Made by a program: the position numbers and the translations under genes. A DNA stretch of 36,737 nt. Origin: a virus. Its lineage: Duplodnaviria > Caudoviricetes. Of the stretch, positions 10,301-18,189 are shown one piece after another. The stretch spans positions 1 to 36,737 of IMG/VR virus record IMGVR_UViG_3300043961_000116; one strand, written 5' to 3'. Under the pieces are notes generated by a model. It saw only the letters and a list, made by a program, of their open reading frames with translations. It was not told the origin of the DNA and ran no database searches. Within the stretch, counting starts at the first letter, position 1. Every line of letters begins with the position of its first letter.

Positions 10301-11879
10301 GATGCCCTGACAAATATCCAATCAATTTTGACGCTCTAGTGGCTAATTCACCGATACCTTTTGCTAAGGAATCTACAGCCGCTTTCATTGCTGGCGACTG
10401 CATAACATTAGCTAAGTCACCAAGTCCTGTTGTCTGAACGTTGATTAACTTAGATCCGAATTCTGACTTCATCGAAGTCCATGAACCTTTAATCTGATTC
10501 ATGGCACCTTCCGAAGTTTTGTTTAATTCCTTAAAGTTTCCATCAGCCTGACTCGATGCTTTTTCTGATAAATCCAGTAGTTGCTTACCTGTTAATTTGC
10601 CAGAGGCAACCATTTGATCGAATGCCTTACGTGGCATTCCAGCAGCCTTGGCCAACTCGTTACCCATATTAGGGGCAAGTTGTGTTAATCGCTTGAACTG
10701 TTGTGCTGAAACACTTGCACTGCCAGTCATTCGGCCTAACTGCTTACCGACACGAGACAAGGAAGACTCACTCAATCCAGCTGCGGATTGCATTCCGACA
10801 ATCGATTTCGTCAGCTTATCAGTATCTTTCGCATTACCAGTAAGTCCATAAAACGATTTCTGCAATGCTCGAACGCTGTCCACACTGTAGCCAGTCTTAT
10901 TACGTAACTCACCAACTTGTGTCTGTAAAAGCTGAACATCCTTAGCAGACAACCCCATCGTTTCCCAAGCACGTGAAGCTCGTTCACCGCCCTGTGCTAA
11001 CTGAATAGACTGTTTTGCCGTGTCGCCAAGCTTACTAGCAAGTGCTGAAACACCATTGGCCACGGCATTACCTAAGAATGTTGCGCCAAAAACAGATCCA
11101 GTTTTCTTTCCAGCATCCTCGGTCTTGTTCAACTGACCAGTTAACCGTTGCGCGCCCCGTGCCATCTTGCCAAACCAACTGTGTGGTTCAAGGCTGATAG
11201 ATCGGTCTAACGACTTAGCTTCAGACTGAGCCTTTGCCATCTTGGTTCCGAGTTCATTGACTCGAATTGCCTGCCTAGCGTATGCGTCTGACCCCTTACC
11301 ACTTTCACTAGCAATGCGAGATAGCTCGCTTTCCTGCTTAGTGTAAAGTTCACTCATCTTGCTTAATGAGGTATGCAAGGCGTCAGACTTGGCTTTCATT
11401 GCTTCCGAGGCTTTCCCCTCTGCATTCAGCCGAGCGACAAATGATGCAGATACTGTTTCAGTTCTTTTTAATTCTGACTGTAAGTCTGCAATGCCTGACT
11501 TGTAGTAGTTCATTGAATTCTTTGCTCGATCTAATTGACCTTGCATTGAACCCATCTTGATAGTTGCCTGGTTAATTTGCTCAGACAGCTTAGCAAAACG
11601 GGTCGATCCTTCTTGTGTAGAAGTGTCCAACCCGTTTTGTTCGTTCTTTAATCGCTGAATGAAACCTTGTTGCTGTTTGATTGACTCGCTTAAACCATCA
11701 AAGCGTGCCTTAGCTGCATTTAAGTAGTCTCCAGCAGATTTTAATTCAACTTCTTGCGCTTTCCAACCGTTAGTCAGCGACTTAACGGCTTCACGCAATT
11801 GTTTCATGGTTTCAATTGGTTGTGACCCGTCCAAACTAATTCGGGTACCAATCGTGCCACTAGGTGTCCCACCTGCCAT
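7377..11879 (-). CDS. Tape measure protein with C-terminal lytic transglycosylase domain
   Basis: 1500 aa helical protein, Trp-periodic repeats, C-terminal QI.TESSGN...GLMQ...F..YA SLT-like motifs and GHGYANGG. Confidence 0.95.
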   Translation of the reverse strand: MAGGTPSGTIGTRISLDGSQPIETMKQLREAVKSLTNGWKAQEVELKSAGDYLNAAKARFDGLSESIKQQQGFIQRLKNEQNGLDTSTQEGSTRFAKLSEQINQATIKMGSMQGQLDRAKNSMNYYKSGIADLQSELKRTETVSASFVARLNAEGKASEAMKAKSDALHTSLSKMSELYTKQESELSRIASESGKGSDAYARQAIRVNELGTKMAKAQSEAKSLDRSISLEPHSWFGKMARGAQRLTGQLNKTEDAGKKTGSVFGATFLGNAVANGVSALASKLGDTAKQSIQLAQGGERASRAWETMGLSAKDVQLLQTQVGELRNKTGYSVDSVRALQKSFYGLTGNAKDTDKLTKSIVGMQSAAGLSESSLSRVGKQLGRMTGSASVSAQQFKRLTQLAPNMGNELAKAAGMPRKAFDQMVASGKLTGKQLLDLSEKASSQADGNFKELNKTSEGAMNQIKGSWTSMKSEFGSKLINVQTTGLGDLANVMQSPAMKAAVDSLAKGIGELATRASKLIGYLSGHQKDIGGVITSLTTITKLLFDGAWKAVSGTINGIGNAFSSLTGNAKKSTDPVKNLNRLLIGLAKHQDAIKGIGAALVGAFAAAKLMSGITGIAKGISALTIGMKGYTDAAKITAVTQKALNIAMKANLFVAIAAAVVAVGVALFELYKHNKKFRDFINGIGKAFKKGFDGMVKVAKKSIDAIGKFFTGKLGWEKAIGNEVGKVGKAISSGFTTTINWIKKNWGGLALLLVNPFAGAIKLLYNNNKGFKKWADDLVKGVVNVFKKLSKDLSAIWNGIKKVAGVVWKGIEIAALAPIVLLAAEIVAVWKRIQKPIEAIWNGMKSTAQTVWKGISNAIIQPVVNVYKQVSKFFGQIASFIGRMWNAVWRDTVNCWAAIGRAISKPVQDVFNFVSKIWNSLSKWISNTWNDIAHFTSNIWNGIWRTVSNFASNLWHDVTKIFNRLGSDVVGIWNNIKKWTSDAWNAVVVFVSKPVDAVWNKVTSVFGKMSSWIGDTLGTIKSVWHNTWSDVGSFFGGIWDGIQKAGKSGINGVIDFLNGGINGIDSVISFLGGKKKAIGDIPKLAVGTMNGRLVKDTLAILNDGHDSPETGNKEMVIKKDGRMGIVQGQDTLTHLDAGDAVLNARDTKDIMYSMGIPHFATGSGWLDNIKGAINWVGGKFDDVGKLIGDKAKAIENFMKHPIDEVTKVFDKFTSGFKDTSELIADMASPAGHFVIKQGEKWFKDLFSGLNDDQGDAGGGKGAPSGAGVQRWRDQVKQALAANNLSTSDSMIERILRQIATESSGNEKASQHGDPDGDGSGPAMGLMQTKRNTFNHYAFPGHKDIWNGYDSLLAGLAYAKATYGPSLSFLGNGHGYANGGLISKHGMYEVSENNLSEMIIPMSSVKSSRGYELLGKAAATMAARDGMGGTNDGNQAELELMQQQNSLLQGQVKRLDNIIDLFSGLFTGNGSLSALVNLIDKQRYANMTTQKPQRLGLEGI

Positions 11880-11890
11880 CCAATCGCTTC

Positions 11891-12088
11891 CTAACGGTTA
11901 ATCATTGCACCTGGGTCTTGTGGACGATCTTCTTCACTTCTAGCGGCCATGATTTCATGCAGCTCAAAGTAATCAATATCATCCCAATCCTTCGGTAAAA
12001 TGTTCATGTCTTTTAACCCGACTTGTTCGTCGTAACGTAGTGCCTCGTAAAAGTTTTGCATCTCCATGTTGCGACGATGCGGGCTTAC
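11891..12088 (-). CDS. -1 frame extension of the tail assembly chaperone (gpT-like)
   Basis: 65 open codons (VSPHRRNMEMQNFY...LPKDWDDIDYFELHEIM...INR*) reached through the slippery heptamer A AAA AAG at 12094..12088. Confidence 0.85.
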   Translation of the reverse strand, partial: VSPHRRNMEMQNFYEALRYDEQVGLKDMNILPKDWDDIDYFELHEIMAARSEEDRPQDPGAMINR

Positions 12089-12432
12089 TTTTTTGAATCT
12101 GCCGTGTCGATGACTTTACCATCATCATCTTCGTTATTCAGAATGGCATTACTAATACGTCCCATGAATTCAATAACTTCATCAAATTCCAACTCGTCCA
12201 ATTTATTAGCCTGTGTTTTAGTCAGTTTTAAGATGTTAACAATGCATTCATACGGAACGGTAAGAGCGTCTTCTAATGCTCCTAAAGTTTGTAAATCAGT
12301 TTTTTCAACGGGATCACTCGCATTAGCTAATGCCTTATTTGCTTTAACGACTAATCGCATGTTTTTATTCGTTGTCTTAACTACAATTGGTGCCTTGATA
12401 CCGATAATTTTCGCATTGATTTTTACAGACAT
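12085..12432 (-). CDS. Tail assembly chaperone (gpG-like)
   Basis: Between major tail protein and TMP; ends TCA AAA AAG TAA. Confidence 0.88.
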   Translation of the reverse strand: MSVKINAKIIGIKAPIVVKTTNKNMRLVVKANKALANASDPVEKTDLQTLGALEDALTVPYECIVNILKLTKTQANKLDELEFDEVIEFMGRISNAILNNEDDDGKVIDTADSKK

Positions 12433-12503
12433 AATTTTAATTTCCTTTCAAAAAGGCCGCCCCGTTCGGTACTGTGTATTTGTTGGCGACAAAATGTTTA
12501 CGA

Positions 12504-13208
12504 CTAGTTGTTACCAGTTCCACCTACACCAGCATCAGGCTTGATGTTAGCAACAGGGTGACTGCCTTCAGCTTGATCCGAAGGCTGAATAACATCAGCA
12601 GCCGTTTGAGGGAAGATGTGATGTGCGAACTTGTCATAGTCGTAACCATTTTCTGCTTCCCAAAGAACTTCATATGGATCACCGGCATCAGACGCAATAG
12701 CCGTGTACGTGTAGGAATCTGTAGCACGTTGCTGTTGGTTATTGTTGGTTGCTTGGTTAGCATTTGCCAGAGCCATAACACCCATGAAGAAGCCAAAGTG
12801 AATACGGTTGCCGTCCCAATCGTGTGAATCCGTCATCAAGGCAACGTAAGGCAGTCGTGAACCAGCTTGCTTACGATATGATCCTGATTCTGAAATCTTG
12901 GTTAACCCTTGAACTAAGGCTTGTACTTCATGGGGAAGTGAGTTAGCAGCCAATGCAACAGTTGGTTCTGGATTACCGACAGAGACATCGGCAACTGCAT
13001 CAGACCCGTAAATCTTTTGAATAGCTCCATCCATTCCCGAAAGGTTGGCTGTTGTTGCCCCGCGTGAGGTCAATAAATTAGCAATAAATACTCCGTTATA
13101 TTTTGAATCAGTGGTTGGTAAACCACCTTTTTCAGTTGGAATAACTAAATTAGTCATTGGATCAATTAAAGCCAGTTTCCAACTGGATAAACCGATTGAA
13201 CTTGCCAT
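12504..13208 (-). CDS. Major tail protein
   Basis: GATTANLSG, YVAL..DS.D..G...HFGF, DSYTYTA motifs; position after tail terminator. Confidence 0.9.
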   Translation of the reverse strand: MASSIGLSSWKLALIDPMTNLVIPTEKGGLPTTDSKYNGVFIANLLTSRGATTANLSGMDGAIQKIYGSDAVADVSVGNPEPTVALAANSLPHEVQALVQGLTKISESGSYRKQAGSRLPYVALMTDSHDWDGNRIHFGFFMGVMALANANQATNNNQQQRATDSYTYTAIASDAGDPYEVLWEAENGYDYDKFAHHIFPQTAADVIQPSDQAEGSHPVANIKPDAGVGGTGNN

Positions 13209-13228
13209 TTTGAATCTCCTTTTCCACT

Positions 13229-13257
13229 AAAAAGGCACCGCCTAAGCGATGCCTTTT
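13229..13257 (-). terminator. Intrinsic terminator-like hairpin upstream of the major tail gene
   Basis: AAAAGGCATCGCTTAGGCGGTGCCTTTTT on the minus strand. Confidence 0.6.
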
Positions 13258-13622
13258 AGATTTCGATTAAATTTTTGTGTGAAATGCATTGTTTTACTCA
13301 ACTGCATAGTTTCCGGATCTAACGTATGACCAGGGCTATATGTGCGGAACCAACCATTATTCATCATCAAATTCAGAATGCGACTCTCAAGGTCATCTGG
13401 ATCTGCATCAGTTGAGTAGAAGATGTCAATTGAGACACCTTTTGTGATGGTGGTTGTTTGGTCTGAACCTGCATCATCATCAATTTCTGGAAGCTCGGTG
13501 ATACGTAAGTCAGTGACTGACTTATCATCTGGAGCACTAGCAGGAATGTTGTTCGTATAGACGTTGTTGATTCCCTCAATTTTGGCTTCTTCAATTAGCT
13601 CTGCAACTTGGATTACTATCAT
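13242..13622 (-). CDS. Tail terminator/completion protein (DUF806-like)
   Basis: ITE, V.IDIFY, NGW, H..DPET.Q motifs; position. Confidence 0.8.
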   Translation of the reverse strand: MIVIQVAELIEEAKIEGINNVYTNNIPASAPDDKSVTDLRITELPEIDDDAGSDQTTTITKGVSIDIFYSTDADPDDLESRILNLMMNNGWFRTYSPGHTLDPETMQLSKTMHFTQKFNRNLKGIA

Positions 13623-13628
13623 CTACAC

Positions 13629-14018
13629 TCACTCTCCTTTTAGTTCTCTATACTTTGCTTCCATGGCTGCCAACACACTGTTCTTCGAATCAGCTTCTGC
13701 TTCTTCTCTAAAGTGTGTTGGTACCATTTTTTTAGTGCCATCATTCAGAAACCGTGCAATGTAAGCCTTGTTTTCTGTAAATCCAACGTCAGTGTCGCCT
13801 GCTTTGCCATCGACTGTTTTACCAGGATCAAAGATAATGGAATCACGTAAATGCTTATGTTGCCGATTAGCATCATATGGTGTGTGCTGCTCTAATGACT
13901 TAGCAAACACCTCTGCACCAGCACCAGTAATCTGTGCTTGCTCTTCTGGTGTGACCGTAGCGTCATTAGTCACTTGTTCCAGCCAGCCATTGAGTTGTTC
14001 TTCAAAATCATCACTCAC
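13629..14018 (-). CDS. HK97 gp10-like neck/tail completion protein
   Basis: HLRDSI, VGF, AYIARFLNDGTKK motifs. Confidence 0.88.
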   Translation of the reverse strand: MSDDFEEQLNGWLEQVTNDATVTPEEQAQITGAGAEVFAKSLEQHTPYDANRQHKHLRDSIIFDPGKTVDGKAGDTDVGFTENKAYIARFLNDGTKKMVPTHFREEAEADSKNSVLAAMEAKYRELKGE

Positions 14019-14355
14019 GAGCTGTCACCCGTCTTAATGTGATCAAGTCAAATGACGATGGCCCTGGGTCTTCTTCAATGTTTAAATCAACAACTTCATA
14101 TTCAAGACCGCTAATCTGTGCACGATTAAGCCCAGCCAATGCTGGATTATGATATACAAAAATGACCTTTGTTCCGGCTAAAGTTGTGCCAGACAAGGCC
14201 ATTTCTTGTGATTGTGTTAATGTCCATGGACCGAACCAAACAGAAGTCACTTCGCTAAACGTTGGTACTGTTATTCCCTGTTTGTTCCGTTGTGACTTCA
14301 CTGTCCCGAACTTCACCCGTTGCCTCATTCGACTTGGGTTCAGATTGCGTGCCAT
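14011..14355 (-). CDS. Head closure / head-tail adaptor
   Basis: R...RV.FG, W, YEV.D, FD.ITL pattern; start placed at ATG 14355 behind GGAG. Confidence 0.82.
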   Translation of the reverse strand: MARNLNPSRMRQRVKFGTVKSQRNKQGITVPTFSEVTSVWFGPWTLTQSQEMALSGTTLAGTKVIFVYHNPALAGLNRAQISGLEYEVVDLNIEEDPGPSSFDLITLRRVTARE

Positions 14356-14671
14356 CAGCTCCACCACCCTTCAATGTGGCATATCTGCCTCTTAGCTGGC
14401 CAACAATGCTGTTAACAACTAGGTCGACAGTCACAACTGGAGTAGTAGTGATTGATGAACGGTTCTGGTAATAAGCACTTGCCTGTGCCAATATCGCCAT
14501 TTGAAGCTCATCTTTGACGGTTACGTTCTGATAGAATGCATCGCCATCAGGCGCACCAATTGCGTTACACAAATTATACTTAGCAGCATCAAGATAGCCC
14601 TGTAGCAGGTCATCATCGTCACTAATGTCTAGTCGCAACGAGTTCTTCAACGTCGCTAAATCTGCCTGCAT
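14255..14671 (-). CDS. Head-tail connector (gp6-like)
   Basis: LKNSLRLD..DDD.LL..YL.AA, A....YYQNR, SIV.QLR. Confidence 0.9.
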   Translation of the reverse strand: MQADLATLKNSLRLDISDDDDLLQGYLDAAKYNLCNAIGAPDGDAFYQNVTVKDELQMAILAQASAYYQNRSSITTTPVVTVDLVVNSIVGQLRGRYATLKGGGADGTQSEPKSNEATGEVRDSEVTTEQTGNNSTNV

Positions 14672-14681
14672 ATTGCACCTC

Positions 14682-14894
14682 CTAGTCAGTCAGTTGCTCA
14701 ATAACAGGCCCATCGAAGTCATCATTCGGACCATCATAACTGGTCAGCAATGCAATGCGGTCTGCTGTTTGTGCACCTGCATATGGTTGGAACGGGTAAG
14801 CATCACCAGCCCTGTATACGTGTAGGTCACCATTAGCATCAGCGCTTTTCTCATTGCTGTCGGTAAAATCCTGAATCACTTTATATTGGGCCAT
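14682..14894 (-). CDS. Small head-associated protein
   Basis: YKVI.DFTD...HVY.AGD.YP pattern typical of the gene after the capsid; SD GGAGG. Confidence 0.6.
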   Translation of the reverse strand: MAQYKVIQDFTDSNEKSADANGDLHVYRAGDAYPFQPYAGAQTADRIALLTSYDGPNDDFDGPVIEQLTD

Positions 14895-14909
14895 TCGGAT
14901 TACCTCCTA

Positions 14910-16124
14910 CTAAGCCTTTGCTGGTGTACCAGTAGCTGGAACAACATCAGCGATTGCATTGAATGGTGCATATACAACTGAACCAGCGTCCCATAATTGA
15001 ACATCGAAACGGTCGATTGCACGAAGCTTAGTCAAATCATGTTCAAATGAACCAGCGCCAATGTTGGTAGTCAATAAGCTCATCTGTTGCAAGTCGAATA
15101 AGTGAACAGCTTGTGACAAGTCACCGATATAAAGTGGGAAGTTTGAACCGTCATTTGGCAAGAAACGGTCATTAATCACTACTACATCCTTACCAGAAAG
15201 TTGTTTCTGTGATGGGTTAGTAATTGATGGCTGTAACAAGTAGTGGCCAAAATTATCCTTAACCTTATCTAATACAGCAAAGCCCGATTGGTTAGTGATA
15301 AATACGGAAGTTGCAAAGATAAGTGGGTCAATTTCCTTGTTGTAAATGTCCTTTAAAGCATCAACACTGGCAACAGTAGTCTTTTGAGCTGATGGAAGCT
15401 TTCCTAATTCAGTCAAAATAGCGCTGTTGCGAGTAATGACGTCTTTTTTAGCAACCCAGTTCGTAATATAAGCAAGCAATGATTCATCACTGTCACTCAA
15501 AAGTGAGTTCGTCAGTGTTGAGATACCTGCATAACGTTTGATGGCATATTTGATCTGCGTCAAAGTTGGGTCATCGTTGTCACCAATCAAGCCATCTTCT
15601 GCATCAATTAAGGCAAAAGGTGTGATTGTTTGGTCTGGTTCGATTACTCGTGTTCCAGTTGGTGCGCTAACATTTTCAGTTGTAACTAATGGTTCAAGAC
15701 TTTGGAACGTCCGTTTGAGAGTGTTGATACTTGTTTGAATGTCTTGTGGAATGGTCAGACCAACGCCTTTTCCGTTGGCGTCTAAGTCAGACTTTAACTC
15801 GTCAACAATAGCTGAATCGCCACGAACCATGCCACGAAACTTGTTAACAAACGTACCCTTTTCATCAGCCTTAGGCTTAATTGGGTCAACATTGTTAGCA
15901 CTGTTTGTGGGCTTGATTGTTTCTGCATCTTTGCGTGCGATGTCTAATTGTTCTTTCAACGAATCACGGCGTGCAACACTGTTATCACGCTTATTTTTCA
16001 AGTCTTCCACATCTTCCTTAGTTGACTTAGGGTCAATCAAGGCGGTGTTTATTTTGTTGTTCATTTCATCAACTGTTTGCCCGGCTTCAATCCAGGCATC
16101 ATTGATTTCGTTAATTTTAAACAT
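14910..16124 (-). CDS. Major capsid protein (HK97 fold) with N-terminal delta domain
   Basis: N-terminal coiled coil, G.TIPQDIQT.I, TNQSGF..LDK.KD..G.YLLQP, R.I.RFD. Confidence 0.95.
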   Translation of the reverse strand: MFKINEINDAWIEAGQTVDEMNNKINTALIDPKSTKEDVEDLKNKRDNSVARRDSLKEQLDIARKDAETIKPTNSANNVDPIKPKADEKGTFVNKFRGMVRGDSAIVDELKSDLDANGKGVGLTIPQDIQTSINTLKRTFQSLEPLVTTENVSAPTGTRVIEPDQTITPFALIDAEDGLIGDNDDPTLTQIKYAIKRYAGISTLTNSLLSDSDESLLAYITNWVAKKDVITRNSAILTELGKLPSAQKTTVASVDALKDIYNKEIDPLIFATSVFITNQSGFAVLDKVKDNFGHYLLQPSITNPSQKQLSGKDVVVINDRFLPNDGSNFPLYIGDLSQAVHLFDLQQMSLLTTNIGAGSFEHDLTKLRAIDRFDVQLWDAGSVVYAPFNAIADVVPATGTPAKA

Positions 16125-16137
16125 ATGAATCTCCTTT

Positions 16138-16845
16138 TTATTCGTCTGCTAAAACAGCCAACTTACTAGCGAGTAAATCGTCAGTAGTTGGCTGTTCTTT
16201 GTCAGTATTTGGTTGTACTGGTTCTTTTGGTGTAGTTTCCTTTGCCAACAACGTCTTGAACTTTGCTAACGCCGCTTTACTTGGGATTGGTGAAACGCTG
16301 TTGTATACGACTGGTTTGTCGTTAAACATGATTTCATCTGCAAAGCCTTTGTCGACTGCGTCCTTAGCGCCAAGCCAGGTCTCCTTAGCCATCATGTTGA
16401 GCAGCTCACCTTGGCCAATGCCAGTTCGTTGCTCGTAAGCAGCCGCAATTGACTGATCAATGCCTTGTAACACACCCGCTTCATGGGTTAAGTCATCAGT
16501 GTTTCCTTGCAATACACTTTGAGCTTGATGAATCATGATCTGCGCGACCGGTGACATCTTCAGGTTGTTGGCTGCCATTGCAATTGTTGACGCTGCTGAA
16601 GCGGCCAGACCTGAAACAATGGCGGCCACATTTCCTGAATAATTTCGTAACGTGGTATAGATTTCGAATCCGGCAAATACATCGCCGCCACCTGAGTTAA
16701 TGTCTAATTCAACGTCATCTCCGTCAGCTTCTTGCAATGCATCTGAGACTGCTTGTGGACTAACACATTGCATGTTGAAGTAGCTATAAAAGGCGGCTGT
16801 GTCTGAATCAACCACATCACCCTTGATTGGTATCTTCACTGTCAT
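16138..16845 (-). CDS. ClpP-like prohead protease
   Basis: INSGGGDVF, GLAASAAS, MIH, ETWL.A..A...GFAD; start placed at ATG 16845 behind AAGGAGG. Confidence 0.93.
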   Translation of the reverse strand: MTVKIPIKGDVVDSDTAAFYSYFNMQCVSPQAVSDALQEADGDDVELDINSGGGDVFAGFEIYTTLRNYSGNVAAIVSGLAASAASTIAMAANNLKMSPVAQIMIHQAQSVLQGNTDDLTHEAGVLQGIDQSIAAAYEQRTGIGQGELLNMMAKETWLGAKDAVDKGFADEIMFNDKPVVYNSVSPIPSKAALAKFKTLLAKETTPKEPVQPNTDKEQPTTDDLLASKLAVLADE

Positions 16846-17983
16846 TATCATTGCCTCCTTTCGTAGTATTTGCCGTTGGGTCAACGTACTCCGGTGCACC
16901 CTCAGGCATGAATCCAATATTCTTCAACATATAAGTGGCTTGTTCGCCTGTGATGGCTTTGTTGTTTGCCAACGTGCCAATTACTCCAGCGAACGAAGTC
17001 CCGTTTGAATCGATGGCTGGGTTAATGTCAACCGTCACCTTAGCTATTAGCTTCTGGTTCAACTCTGCTTCAACAGAGCCTGCATAACGGCGTAATGCAT
17101 TTGCATACATGCCTTGAATCATGGTCAATGAGCTTTGTTGGTCACCCTGACCGTTCAAGTAGCTGTCCGGAATGCCGTACACCTTGGCAATCTGCTTAGA
17201 AGTCCAGTCTGTTTGTGCTAATAACCTAGTAACATCAGTCGACACCTCAAGCGGTGTGTACTCGGTTAAGTCATCAAGCACTGCTGGTCCGTTAGACTGA
17301 TCAACCTGTGCTGCAAAATCGTTCGACAGGCTAACCTTGTCATCTCGTCCGAGCAGTCCACCTTTAGTGATTTTGAGAATCCCGTTTGGCACAATTGCCT
17401 TGCCCAGAGCCTTGCGAGTCAAATCATTGGCCGAGTTCTTGATGTTTAGTTCTTCCTGCAATGCAGAAAGCGGTGAGATACCGGTCATGCCACCGTTTTT
17501 GCTCATCAATCGAAGATGAACCATGTCTGACTGGCTGACGTTACTCATCAATCCGATCTCTGGTTCGTCAAATGTTAGTGAATACAACAGTCCAACGCCA
17601 TCGGCTAACTCATCAACCTGCACTTGGCTTGGTCGAAGATACTCGAATCGTTGCGGTATTCCGTTTTGATTGCGCCAGATATACGCATATGAGTTACCGT
17701 CAAGCAAAAGTTGAGCGAACATCGCCTGCCAGAATCCATGACGGTTGCTAGTGGCTGATGGATTGTCGATTAACGCTTGGTTTTGCGGACGATTGGCAAT
17801 GATGTGAGCCGTTGTTAAGTCTGCTGACAGCTGGTAAACAGCCGAGTACACATCTGAGTTATGCAACGCCTTGTCTAACGGTAAGTAGCCGTTAGGACGC
17901 AAAAAGTTGATGATTGATGAATCGTTGATACTGACTGGCTGTGGCATAGTCGGTGCTAAGTTCATTGGTTTAAAAAGTGCCAT
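16817..17983 (-). CDS. Portal protein (HK97 type)
   Basis: LLL.GNSY, LRPSQV, H.RL...G..GISPL, IAKVYGIP. Confidence 0.95.
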   Translation of the reverse strand: MALFKPMNLAPTMPQPVSINDSSIINFLRPNGYLPLDKALHNSDVYSAVYQLSADLTTAHIIANRPQNQALIDNPSATSNRHGFWQAMFAQLLLDGNSYAYIWRNQNGIPQRFEYLRPSQVQVDELADGVGLLYSLTFDEPEIGLMSNVSQSDMVHLRLMSKNGGMTGISPLSALQEELNIKNSANDLTRKALGKAIVPNGILKITKGGLLGRDDKVSLSNDFAAQVDQSNGPAVLDDLTEYTPLEVSTDVTRLLAQTDWTSKQIAKVYGIPDSYLNGQGDQQSSLTMIQGMYANALRRYAGSVEAELNQKLIAKVTVDINPAIDSNGTSFAGVIGTLANNKAITGEQATYMLKNIGFMPEGAPEYVDPTANTTKGGNDNDSEDTNQG

Positions 17984-17985
17984 GG

Positions 17986-18189
17986 CTATTTACCTCCAAC
18001 AGTTTTCTCGTTGGATTTATCCATAACCAAACCCACAATAACCAGTAAGATTCCTGTTGTGAATCCACCCACCATCACTCCTAAACACACATAGGCGGTC
18101 ACACACAGTAGAATAATTCCACACAAAAAAAGGACTGTTGGTGTGTACGCCGCAAGTCCTCCAAGTAGCTTATTTATTTGTCGAACCAT
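17986..18189 (-). CDS. Small 2-TM protein between terL and portal
   Basis: Hydrophobic 67 aa; start placed at ATG 18189 behind AAGGAGG; common position in Lactobacillus cos phages. Confidence 0.7.
   Translation of the reverse strand: MVRQINKLLGGLAAYTPTVLFLCGIILLCVTAYVCLGVMVGGFTTGILLVIVGLVMDKSNEKTVGGK

Noticed and set aside
8200-11560. Plus-strand ORFs within the TMP and other structural genes
   Set aside because: Antisense shadows of long coding regions, with no SD or recognisable motifs
14682-14925. Readthrough or frameshift fusion of the capsid to the next gene
   Set aside because: The genes are in frame but separated by two TAG stops; no slippery heptamer, and the next gene has its own SD
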